From positions 13,393-77,392 of the forward strand of contig JANXXP010000202.1 in assembly GCA_025350595.1 (NCBI GenBank): 64,000 nucleotides of DNA, in the 5' to 3' direction. This DNA comes from Bacteroidota bacterium. GTDB lineage: Bacteria > Bacteroidota > Bacteroidia > Bacteroidales > VadinHA17. The notes below the pieces were generated by a model. The model was given only the letters and a program-made list of their open reading frames with translations. It had not been told where the DNA came from and searched no databases. Within the stretch, counting starts at the first letter, position 1. Every line of letters starts with the position of its first letter. This document shows, piece by piece, positions 36,810-45,760 of this stretch. A program made the position numbers and the translations under genes.

Positions 36810-36971
36810 ATGGATAAATACAGATGTGTTATTTGTGGATATATTTATGATCCTGAAGAAGGTGATCCTTCCGATGGTATAAAAGCAGGTACTGAATTTG
36901 CCGACCTTCCTTTAGATTATATCTGCCCGGTATGCGGTGCAGGAAAAGATGAGTTTCTCAAATACGAATAA
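36810..36971 (+). CDS. Rubredoxin (53 aa; below the ORF-track size cut-off)
   Basis: My translation is [53 protein letters not shown]. It has the two CxxCG knuckles and the conserved YxYDP..GD and F.DLP..W/Y.CP.CG pattern. It starts 11 nt after citF. Confidence 0.85.
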   Translation: MDKYRCVICGYIYDPEEGDPSDGIKAGTEFADLPLDYICPVCGAGKDEFLKYE

Positions 36972-36977
36972 ATAGTT

Positions 36978-38438
36978 CTACTTAACCGGCATGTTAGTGA
37001 CTACATCAAGAAGCAGGTCCCAGAACATCTGAACTGTTTTGATTTCAATCTTCTCTTCAGGAGTATGAGCTCCTCTGATTGTTGGACCAAAAGATATCAT
37101 GTCGATATTTTTAATCTTCTCATATATCAAACCGCACTCAAGACCAGCATGTATTGCCCGTACCATAGGTTCTTTGCCAAATAACTCAAGGTAAGATTTT
37201 CGGGTAATTCTCAGAATCTCCGATTTAAGATTTGGTTTCCATCCGGGATAACCATCTGAATGCACTACTTTAGCACCTGCAAGGTTCAGGCACGACTCAA
37301 CCATATCACAGGCATCGTATTTTGATGATTCAACAGAACTCCTCTGGGTTGTAATTATCCTTATTGTATTATTATCACTGAATTTTGCAGAAGCAAGGTT
37401 GGTAGATGTTTCCACAAGGTCATCCATATCCTGCGACCATGCCATAACGCCATGAGGACAGCAGTTCAATGCGTTTAGAAATTTTTCCTGATTCTTTTTA
37501 TCCATTGTGAACGATGGAAGACCAACTTCTTTCCATGATACCTTAAGATCCTTCTCCAATTCTCCATATTCTTCAATCAGAGTGGAATAAAAATTATCAA
37601 TCCATCTTTTTACTGTATCGCCTGTTGAGGTATTAAGTACAATTGTTGCAAAAGCTTCTCTTGGAATTGCATTTCTTAAATTACCACCGTCAAAATTGGC
37701 AACTGAAATATCAAAATGATTTGAAATATTCCTGAGAATCCTGGTCATAATCTTTACCGCATTTCCATAACCTTTATGAATTTCGTCTCCTGAATGACCT
37801 CCATGAAGACCAATGACTGAAATCTCCAGTGCTAAAGAATTATTTTTTACAGTAAGTGTTTCATAGTTCATTGTTCCAACAGTATCCATTCCTCCGGCAC
37901 ACCCTATGAAAAGTATCCCTTCATCTTCAGAATCGAGGTTTAAAAGCGTTCTGCCTGTAAAAAAGTCAGGCATGAGATTTATTGCTCCGGTCATGCCTGT
38001 TTCTTCATCGACAGTGAACAGGCATTCAATTTTACCTGCCTGTAGAGTTTTGTCGGTGAGAATGGCCATCTGGGCTGCAACGCCAATGCCATCATCGGCA
38101 CCCAGAGTAGTTCCTTTTGCGCTGACCCATGCTTCGTTTACAACAGGAATTATAGGGTCCGTAAACCAGTTATGAGGATAATCTGCATTTTTCTCGCCAA
38201 CCATATCCATGTGACTCTGAAGAACAACTGTTTTTCTGTTTTCCATTCCTGGAAAAGCAGGTTTTAAAATCAGAATATTGCCTGCTTCGTCTTGTTTATA
38301 TTCCAGATTATTTTTCTTTGCGAATTCAACCAGGTATTGTCGTATCTTATCCTCATTCTTCGACAGACGGGGTATATTGCATATTTCTTCAAAATACTTC
38401 CAGATGGGTTCCGGAGTTAACTTTCTAAAATCACTCAT
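36978..38438 (-). CDS. pepD: Aminoacyl-histidine dipeptidase (peptidase M20C, PepD)
   Basis: 486 aa. LTPEPIWKYFEEICNIPRLSKNEDKIRQYL...LQSHMDMV...GADDGIGVA...DEETGMTGA... Confidence 0.85.
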   Translation of the reverse strand: MSDFRKLTPEPIWKYFEEICNIPRLSKNEDKIRQYLVEFAKKNNLEYKQDEAGNILILKPAFPGMENRKTVVLQSHMDMVGEKNADYPHNWFTDPIIPVVNEAWVSAKGTTLGADDGIGVAAQMAILTDKTLQAGKIECLFTVDEETGMTGAINLMPDFFTGRTLLNLDSEDEGILFIGCAGGMDTVGTMNYETLTVKNNSLALEISVIGLHGGHSGDEIHKGYGNAVKIMTRILRNISNHFDISVANFDGGNLRNAIPREAFATIVLNTSTGDTVKRWIDNFYSTLIEEYGELEKDLKVSWKEVGLPSFTMDKKNQEKFLNALNCCPHGVMAWSQDMDDLVETSTNLASAKFSDNNTIRIITTQRSSVESSKYDACDMVESCLNLAGAKVVHSDGYPGWKPNLKSEILRITRKSYLELFGKEPMVRAIHAGLECGLIYEKIKNIDMISFGPTIRGAHTPEEKIEIKTVQMFWDLLLDVVTNMPVK

Positions 38439-38467
38439 GAGTAGTAAAATATTATCAAAACAGTGCG

Positions 38468-38475
38468 CAAATTTA
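38468..38475 (-). promoter_or_regulatory. Candidate -7 box (TAAATTTG) for pepD
   Basis: Minus-strand TAAATTTG lies 29 nt upstream of the ATG at 38438. Confidence 0.35.
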
Positions 38476-38530
38476 ATCTTTTATTTTCATCTTTGAGGAT
38501 AGGTTTATCTGAAATTTAAGCTTTTTTAAC

Positions 38531-39727
38531 ATGACGAAACGTACAATTGTTACATTACCTGGGGATGGCATTGGAGACGTAGTTTTACAGGAAGCTATCC
38601 GGGTTCTGGATTCAGCTGGATTTGAAGCCAGCTATGTACATGGGGATATAGGTTGGGAATACTGGTGTAAAGAAGGTAATCCATTGCCTCAAAGAACTAT
38701 TGATCTGATTGATAAACATAAAATAGCTCTTTTTGGAGCAATAACTTCAAAACCCAATGATGAGGCAAAAGCGGAACTTAGCTCAGAATTGAGAGGGAAG
38801 GGATTTATTTATTCAAGTCCTATTGTCGGGTTAAGGCAGCATTTTAATCTAGACATCTGCGTTCGTCCCTGTAAATCTTATAAGGGTAATCCGCTTAACT
38901 TTGTAAGAAGAGGAAAAGGAAATACAATCGATGAACCGCTTGTTGATGTGGTTATATTTCGTCAGAATACAGAATGTTTATATTCAGGAGTAGAATGGAC
39001 TAATCCTCCGGCACAGGTGTACCAGGCATTTATGACACATCCGAAATTCGCCGAAAACTTCGGAAAGGTGCCAGTTGAAGAACTTTCTATCTCAACAAGA
39101 ATATTTACAAAAAAAGCGACCACAAGGATATTACTTGCGGCATTTGAGCATGCAAGAAAATATAAGTATAAGTCGGTTACTGTCTGTGAAAAGCCAAATG
39201 TCATAAGGGAAACCTCGGGATTAATGTGGAAACTTGCCAGGGCGATTCAGCAGAACTCATTTCCGGAGATTAAACTTCTTAATACAAATATCGACGCACA
39301 GATGATGTGGCTAACGAAAAACCCGGAAGAGTATGGTGTAATTGTAGCCGGGAACATGTTCGGAGACATAGCATCTGACGCTTTTGCAGGTCTTATAGGA
39401 GGATTGGGATTTGCCTGTAGTGCTCAATTCTCATCCGATAATATTGCCGTCTTTGAACCAACTCATGGATCTGCTCCAAAATATGCCGGTTACGAAGTTT
39501 CAATTGTAAATCCAATAGCAATGATAGAGTCAGCTTGCATGATGCTAGATTATATTGGAGAGAAGTTAATATCATCTAAAATCCGAAAGGCTATAGCCGA
39601 TGTGATAGAAGAAGGTAAAGTTCGGACTTATGATATGATGAAGATGGCAGGCAGACCTGAGGTTCTTAAGAATGGAGCAGCTTCAACGTCTCAGATGACT
39701 GATGCAATAATTGCTAAATTGAAGTAA
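38531..39727 (+). CDS. Isocitrate/isopropylmalate dehydrogenase-family oxidoreductase
   Basis: 398 aa. IVTLPGDGIGDVVLQEA..., LFGAITSKP, NLDICVRPC, ...NMFGDIASDAFAGLIGGLG...EPTHGSAPKYAG. Substrate is not assignable from sequence alone. Confidence 0.75.
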   Translation: MTKRTIVTLPGDGIGDVVLQEAIRVLDSAGFEASYVHGDIGWEYWCKEGNPLPQRTIDLIDKHKIALFGAITSKPNDEAKAELSSELRGKGFIYSSPIVGLRQHFNLDICVRPCKSYKGNPLNFVRRGKGNTIDEPLVDVVIFRQNTECLYSGVEWTNPPAQVYQAFMTHPKFAENFGKVPVEELSISTRIFTKKATTRILLAAFEHARKYKYKSVTVCEKPNVIRETSGLMWKLARAIQQNSFPEIKLLNTNIDAQMMWLTKNPEEYGVIVAGNMFGDIASDAFAGLIGGLGFACSAQFSSDNIAVFEPTHGSAPKYAGYEVSIVNPIAMIESACMMLDYIGEKLISSKIRKAIADVIEEGKVRTYDMMKMAGRPEVLKNGAASTSQMTDAIIAKLK

Positions 39728-39735
39728 TATAATTC

Positions 39736-40293
39736 TTGAAAATGACAGAACAGGTTAAGAAATTATGGCCGGAACTTGAGTGGATAAAGGATAAAGCACT
39801 CAGGGATAAAACAGCGAAAACCTGGGAATTGGCGCTTGAAAGGTCAGTATTGACTGCTGCCGATCTTGAAATTATTCCATTTACCCTCCTTTGCGGACCC
39901 GATCTTAAGGTGAGTTTCATGGCTCATAAAAGATGTGTTGTTCATATTGCTAAGGCTAGTGGTGAAAAAATGAATGAGTTTTTTAGTATCGATCTTCCGG
40001 TTAATATGGACGTACTTATATCCGGAGCGATACTTGCAGATGTTGGTAAGTTACTTGAATATGAGCTTGATAAAGATGGTAAAGCCCTTCAGGGAAAATA
40101 TGGCCAATATCTCAGACATCCTTTTTCAGGAGTGTCGCTGGCCGAAGAGTGCGGTGTTCCTCCGGAAGTTTGTCATATAATTGCGGCACATGCACATGAA
40201 GGTGACCTGGTAAAAAGAACAACTGAGGCTTATATTGTTCATCATGCCGACTTTATGACCTTTCTCCCTTTTAAAAGCAGATTGATTGTTTAG
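39736..40293 (+). CDS. HD-superfamily-like protein (putative)
   Basis: 185 aa. HKRCVVHIAKA...GAILADVGK...AAHAHEGD resembles an HD-domain layout, but the canonical HD dyad reads AD. It lies 8 nt after the dehydrogenase gene. Confidence 0.4.
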   Translation: MKMTEQVKKLWPELEWIKDKALRDKTAKTWELALERSVLTAADLEIIPFTLLCGPDLKVSFMAHKRCVVHIAKASGEKMNEFFSIDLPVNMDVLISGAILADVGKLLEYELDKDGKALQGKYGQYLRHPFSGVSLAEECGVPPEVCHIIAAHAHEGDLVKRTTEAYIVHHADFMTFLPFKSRLIV

Positions 40294-42203
40294 CCCAGTT
40301 TCATCTTTTCTACTTCTTCGATATTCCTTTCGTTAGTAACTGCTTTCGCATCAATGGTATACAGGTAATCTATAAGATACTGGTACTTGTCCATTATTTT
40401 CCCCCTTACAATTTTCATTGTTGAGTTCATCAGGCCATTATCTTCAGTGAAACTTTCCTCGAGTATTCCAATAGCTACAGGAAGCCATCTTTGCGGAAAC
40501 ATATTTCCAAACTTACCATTGGTCCGATATTCATTTACTTCACTCTCAATAAGGTTGATAACTGATCTTTTCCCTTCATCAGAATCAGCTGTGAGATTCT
40601 TTTCTTCAAGATAGAGTTTTAGAGTATGCTGATTCGGCACAATAAGTACAACTGTATAGGGTTTCTGATTATTGTAGAGCATGCACTGATCAATATATTT
40701 CGATTGTTCTGATATGGCTTCTTCAATGCCTTCAGGACTAAATTTTTCACCATCATCAGCAATAAGAAGGCTTTTAAAACGACCAAGCACATAGAGATAA
40801 CCATCTTCTGACATATAGCCCATATCGCCCGTATATAACCATCCGTCTTTTATTGCCTCTTTGGTAGCAGTTTCATTTTTCCAGTATCCATGCATCACAT
40901 TTCCACCCCGGATAACTATTTCACCTTTCTGTCCCTGGGGCAATACATTTCCATCGTCATCACAGATTTTAAGATCCATATTATTTACAAGCACTCCGGA
41001 AGATCCCAGTTTGTGTCTGCTTGCATTATTAGATGAGATAACCGGTGATGCTTCGCTCAAACCATAGCCCTGATACATTGGAATTCCCATAGCGTAAAAA
41101 AATCTTTGTAATTCAATATCAAGCAATGCACCTCCGCCGATGAACATATCCAGTTCTCCTCCGTAAGCTTCGCGTATTTTGCTGAAGAGTATTTTATCAT
41201 ACAGGTCAAGAAGCGGTTTTTTAAGTTTTTGTAATCCTCTTCCCTTATTCCAGCCTTCTTTATTATAGGAGTAGGAGATTTTAAGTGCATGATTAAAAAG
41301 CATTTCAGTGAAACTCCCTTTCTCTTTTATACCTTTTTCAATATTTTTTCTGAAATTTTTAGCTATTGCCGGTACACTCATCAGGAGATTGGGTTTTATC
41401 TCTTTAAGACACGATGGAAGGTTTCTTAGGGTTTCCATAGGTGTTTTTCCTGTTTTCACTGAAGCAATACTTGCTCCTTTTCCCATGAAAGCAAAAATTC
41501 CGCAAGTATGTCCGAAAGAGTGATCCCAGGGAAGAATTATAAGAGTTTTGTAAAAAGAAGGGATGTCCATGAGGCTATATGACTGATAAGCATTGGTGAC
41601 ATAGTTCCCATGAGTAAGTATTATTCCTTTTGGATCAGCTGTTGTTCCTGATGTATAGCAGATATTCGCAAAATCGTCAGGAGTGATGCTCTTGTATAAT
41701 TCTTCAAAAGCCGCCATATTTTCTGCGACGTCGAGCCATTCTCTTCCAATCTTTCTCACCTCATTAAAATGAATCTCGTTGGCTGCATATTCCTCCTGTG
41801 TGTCGAAATGGATTATTTTCTCTATTGAAGTACACTCTCCTATAATTTCCTTTAATTTTTGAGCCTGAATTGAAGATACCAGGATCATTCTTGCCCCTGA
41901 ATGATTAATTCTGAATTTTATTTCTTCGGGATTGAGTTTTACCGATAATGGAACATTCATTGCGCCTGAATACAATATTCCCAATTCACCTATCACCCAG
42001 CTATTCCTTCCTTCAGATATCAGACTTAACCTGTCTCCTTTTTTTATCCCAAGCTTAATAAGACCTGCTGCAAATTCATAAACCTGCTTACGTGTTTCAC
42101 CATAGGTAGTACCTTCATACTTATCGTTTGGTTTCTCCCATAGGTAAACATTACTGCTGTACTTTTCAACACTTTCTTCGAAGAATTGTATTAAGGATTT
42201 CAT
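40290..42203 (-). CDS. Long-chain acyl-CoA synthetase (AMP-forming)
   Basis: The AMP-binding motif is ICYTSGTTADPKGIILTHGN, followed by GYGLSEASP and YTGDMGYMSEDGYLYVLGR. I start at MKSLIQFFEE (42203); the track alternative is 42227. Confidence 0.82.
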   Translation of the reverse strand: MKSLIQFFEESVEKYSSNVYLWEKPNDKYEGTTYGETRKQVYEFAAGLIKLGIKKGDRLSLISEGRNSWVIGELGILYSGAMNVPLSVKLNPEEIKFRINHSGARMILVSSIQAQKLKEIIGECTSIEKIIHFDTQEEYAANEIHFNEVRKIGREWLDVAENMAAFEELYKSITPDDFANICYTSGTTADPKGIILTHGNYVTNAYQSYSLMDIPSFYKTLIILPWDHSFGHTCGIFAFMGKGASIASVKTGKTPMETLRNLPSCLKEIKPNLLMSVPAIAKNFRKNIEKGIKEKGSFTEMLFNHALKISYSYNKEGWNKGRGLQKLKKPLLDLYDKILFSKIREAYGGELDMFIGGGALLDIELQRFFYAMGIPMYQGYGLSEASPVISSNNASRHKLGSSGVLVNNMDLKICDDDGNVLPQGQKGEIVIRGGNVMHGYWKNETATKEAIKDGWLYTGDMGYMSEDGYLYVLGRFKSLLIADDGEKFSPEGIEEAISEQSKYIDQCMLYNNQKPYTVVLIVPNQHTLKLYLEEKNLTADSDEGKRSVINLIESEVNEYRTNGKFGNMFPQRWLPVAIGILEESFTEDNGLMNSTMKIVRGKIMDKYQYLIDYLYTIDAKAVTNERNIEEVEKMKLG

Positions 42204-42384
42204 CTGGCAAGGTTTTAATATTTTCAATTATTTTGACCTGTCGAATATACGAAATCCGTAGTATATAGCCATTCCTCATATATATTAATATCATTTGGTT
42301 TGATTTTCAATATTTTGTATCTTTGATCATTATCATTGAAAAGTAAATGCCAAATGATTCTTAAATAATTTTAAATATTTTATT

Positions 42385-42834
42385 ATGAGACATTTATCTG
42401 CAATCGGGTTAATAGTGATTCTTCTTCTCCCATCTTGTAAATTCTTCAATAGCAAAGAAAAAGCTGCTAAGGCTTTGAAAGAATTGCACGCCAGACAAGA
42501 CAGCTTAAGGGTTGTCGATTCGATCAAAACTGTTCAGGCACAACTTTTAGCGCTTGAGAATGCAAAAATCGAAGATGCCAGGAAAGCTGCTGAGGAGAAA
42601 CTGAAAAACAAATATAATTTAATTGTCGGCAGCTTCTTAACACCTGAATATGCGAAGGCACTTGCCGGGGAATATCAGAAAAAAGGTTATAATCCATCGA
42701 TAATAAACATGGAAGGAAGCAAGTTTCAACTTGTTTCGGCTGAAGCACATCCCTCCTTAAAGGAAGCTTTTGCCCGCATGAGGGAATTTCAGAATACCTT
42801 TGAAAAAGATACCTGGATTTATATTGTTAAGTGA
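42385..42834 (+). CDS. SPOR-domain lipoprotein
   Basis: 149 aa with lipobox LLLPSC and a coiled-coil linker. The C-terminal region YNLIVGSFLTPEYAKALAGEYQKKGYNPSII...FQLVSAEAHPSLKEAFARMREF is SPOR-like. Confidence 0.7.
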   Translation: MRHLSAIGLIVILLLPSCKFFNSKEKAAKALKELHARQDSLRVVDSIKTVQAQLLALENAKIEDARKAAEEKLKNKYNLIVGSFLTPEYAKALAGEYQKKGYNPSIINMEGSKFQLVSAEAHPSLKEAFARMREFQNTFEKDTWIYIVK

Positions 42835-42893
42835 TTTATTAAAGCGAATAAATAATCTTTGCTTAAGGTAAATATTTATCCAGGTACTGTTTT

Positions 42894-44159
42894 TTATTTC
42901 CTGAATATTGTTTCTTTTCTATCCGGACCAACAGAGACCATTGTGATCGGTACGCCAGTCTCGGTTTCAATAAATTTTATGTATTTTTTCAGAGCTTCAG
43001 GTAAATCATTATAGTCTTTTAATGCTGAAATATTTTCCTCCCATCCCGGCAAATCTGTATAAACAGGTTCTATTGCAGAGTCATTATTGAATGGTATCTC
43101 AAGGCACTCTTTCCCATCTACTTTATAGGAAGTGCATATTTTTATAATTTTGAATCCCGACATTACGTCAGCTTTCGTCATAAATAACTGTGTAATACCA
43201 TTTATCATAATAGAATATTTCAATGCCGGCAGATCGAGCCAGCCGCAGCGCCTGGGCCTCCCGGTTGTAGATCCGAACTCATGTCCGATATTACGTAAAT
43301 CGTTACCCGTTTCATCATTCAATTCTGTCGGAAAAGGTCCGCTACCTACCCTTGTGCAGTAAGCTTTGAAAATTCCAAATATTTCACCGATCATTTTTGG
43401 TGAGATACCCAGTCCGGTACATGCTCCTGCGCTGATGGTATTTGAGGATGTAACAAAAGGATATGAACCGAAATCAACATCAAGCATTGTACCCTGTGCA
43501 CCTTCTGCAAGGATTTTCTTATCTTTTCCGGCTAGTTCATTTACGAGATATTCTGTATTGATTATCCGGAAGTTTTTCAACATTTCAACCCCTTCGAACC
43601 ATTCCTTTTCATATTCTTTCAGATCGAATTTGAAATCATAACATTTCAGAATTGTCAGATGTCTGTTAAGATGCTCTTTATATAAATCCATGAAATCATC
43701 CCGGGATATATCGCCTACTCTCAAGCCGTTACGACTTGTTTTGTCGGTGTAAGCCGGACCTATACCTTTAAGAGTTGAGCCTATTTTTGACTTGCCCTTT
43801 GAAGCTTCATAGGCAGCATCAAGAATCCTGTGGCTTGGCAGGATAAGGTTTGCCTTTGTTGATATAATCAGTCGTTTTGTGAGTTCACTTACCGGAGGAC
43901 CCAGCTCTTCGATCTCTTTTTTAAAAACAGCGGGATCAATAACAACTCCATTTCCAATGAGATTTAATTTATCAGGGTGGAAAATTCCGGAAGGAATAAG
44001 ATGAAGTACATGTTTAACATTATTAAACTCAAGAGAGTGACCTGCATTTGGTCCGCCCTGAAATCGTGCAATAACATCATAAACAGGACTTAGTGCATCA
44101 ACAATTTTTCCCTTTCCTTCGTCTCCCCACTGCAGACCTAACAGTATGTCAATGTTCAT
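42894..44159 (-). CDS. purA: Adenylosuccinate synthetase
   Basis: 421 aa. LGLQWGDEGKGKIVD, GPNAGH, GIGPAYTDK, TTGRPRRCGWLD. Confidence 0.93.
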   Translation of the reverse strand: MNIDILLGLQWGDEGKGKIVDALSPVYDVIARFQGGPNAGHSLEFNNVKHVLHLIPSGIFHPDKLNLIGNGVVIDPAVFKKEIEELGPPVSELTKRLIISTKANLILPSHRILDAAYEASKGKSKIGSTLKGIGPAYTDKTSRNGLRVGDISRDDFMDLYKEHLNRHLTILKCYDFKFDLKEYEKEWFEGVEMLKNFRIINTEYLVNELAGKDKKILAEGAQGTMLDVDFGSYPFVTSSNTISAGACTGLGISPKMIGEIFGIFKAYCTRVGSGPFPTELNDETGNDLRNIGHEFGSTTGRPRRCGWLDLPALKYSIMINGITQLFMTKADVMSGFKIIKICTSYKVDGKECLEIPFNNDSAIEPVYTDLPGWEENISALKDYNDLPEALKKYIKFIETETGVPITMVSVGPDRKETIFRK

Positions 44160-44271
44160 ATTAGATAATTATCAGCTATAAAAAATTTACGCAGTAAGGT
44201 AAGAAATATTTTGAATTTCCACCAAAAAAATAACTCTGAAAATGGCAGGATTATACTGCAGAATGTCGACT

Positions 44272-45183
44272 TTAAATTTTTATAAACCAGCTGAGCATTG
44301 GCATTGGAACAGGAGTCAATTTACCATCAATTGAAATGCCTGCAAAGCCGAACTGAAAGGCTCTGTTTGGTCTGTTTGATACCCTGATACCCGGAACAAT
44401 TATAGCAAAACTTCCGCTCTTGGTGTAGATAAAAGAATCCCCGACAAAGGAAACTTTATTGGTAATTCTGAAAAGACATCCAACAGAAAATAATGGAGCG
44501 CTTGAGGATTGTCGGCCAGTTGAATTCCCATACATATCCTTGTTTCCACTGCCTGATATCATTGCATAGCCGGCTGTGATATTAAAATTGTTCCTGGAAT
44601 TACCAAAAGTGACAACCCCATACGGCAGTGCTCCATATGAACCCCAGTCCGCCCAGCTTAAAGTGCCTGCCAGGAGGCCAAGACCGAAGTGCAGATTTTC
44701 ATTTGCACTGAAAGTTGTTTTAGCTGTGATAACTATTGGTACTGCTAACCATGTTGACATGGCGCCCAAAGTTAAACCATCTGAAACACCATATTGAATT
44801 TCCGGTCCCCACCATGTAAAGAGGGCATAAGAATCACCTTTCTTCATTCTTAATCCGTTTGTTGTCAGGAAATATCTTGTAGCGAACATATTATGTCCAA
44901 TTACAGTTCCCGACTTTAAATCACTTGCTGTAAGTTCGCGGATAGATTTTATCTCGTGTTTTGGAATATATAGCCTGCCTATTTCTTTTGTTTCCAGTAA
45001 AACTTCTCTTTCGTCCTGACTAATAATCAGACCATAATATTCAGTGCCATCGTTTTTAGTAATTACGTATGTCTTTACAGTCTGAGGGTTTACTTTTAAA
45101 GTATCCTGAGCATTTATAATCAGACAGTAGCTTACCATGAAAAGTATAAGAATGGTCGATTTTAATTTCCCGGGATATTTCAT
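44272..45183 (-). CDS. Hypothetical exported/outer-membrane protein
   Basis: 303 aa with signal peptide (ILILFMVSYCLIINAQ). A Gly/aromatic-rich, beta-strand-like C-terminal two-thirds ends ...MLSWFIKI. I recognise no family. Confidence 0.5.
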   Translation of the reverse strand: MKYPGKLKSTILILFMVSYCLIINAQDTLKVNPQTVKTYVITKNDGTEYYGLIISQDEREVLLETKEIGRLYIPKHEIKSIRELTASDLKSGTVIGHNMFATRYFLTTNGLRMKKGDSYALFTWWGPEIQYGVSDGLTLGAMSTWLAVPIVITAKTTFSANENLHFGLGLLAGTLSWADWGSYGALPYGVVTFGNSRNNFNITAGYAMISGSGNKDMYGNSTGRQSSSAPLFSVGCLFRITNKVSFVGDSFIYTKSGSFAIIVPGIRVSNRPNRAFQFGFAGISIDGKLTPVPMPMLSWFIKI

Positions 45184-45238
45184 TTTATAGGTTTTAAAAA
45201 TGAATAAATGAACTTATCAGCAACAGTGAACCTGAAAA

Positions 45239-45685
45239 TTATTTTTCTGAGTCTTTTAAATTTCCGTAGATGTAAAGCGAATGATAGATAGGAGTGAAAT
45301 TGTGCAACTCGCCTGCAGTATTTATTATTTCATGAATCCTGGGGTCGCAGAACTCAATTACTTTGCCTGTTTCAATATCAATTAGATGATCGTGTTGTCC
45401 GCACTGGTATGCTCTTTCAAACTGAGCAATATTTTTTCCGAACTGATGCTTAATTACCAGATTACAGCTGAGCAATAACTCTATTGTGTTATATAAAGTA
45501 GCTCTGCTTACACGGTAGTTTTTATTCTTCATGAATATATACAGCGACTCAATATCAAAATGACCTGTACGGGAATATATCTCGTCGAGTATTGCAAATC
45601 TTTCAGGCGTCTTTCTGTGACCTTTCTTCTCAAGAAATTCAGTGAAGATCTTCTTAACTGTTAGTTTGGTATCGTCACTAATCAT
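45239..45685 (-). CDS. fur: Fur-family transcriptional regulator
   Basis: 148 aa. The winged-helix part reads [18 protein letters not shown]...HFDIESLY...[13 protein letters not shown]. The metal-site region reads [23 protein letters not shown]. Confidence 0.8.
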   Translation of the reverse strand: MISDDTKLTVKKIFTEFLEKKGHRKTPERFAILDEIYSRTGHFDIESLYIFMKNKNYRVSRATLYNTIELLLSCNLVIKHQFGKNIAQFERAYQCGQHDHLIDIETGKVIEFCDPRIHEIINTAGELHNFTPIYHSLYIYGNLKDSEK

Positions 45686-45709
45686 ATTTGGTCTAATTTA
45701 ATATAATAA

Positions 45710-45717
45710 CAAAAGTA
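45710..45717 (-). promoter_or_regulatory. Candidate -7 box (TACTTTTG) for fur
   Basis: Minus-strand TACTTTTG lies 24 nt upstream of the ATG at 45685. Confidence 0.35.
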
Positions 45718-45760
45718 GCATTTTTGACGGATTTAGAAGGGATGCAGTAATATTAAATTT

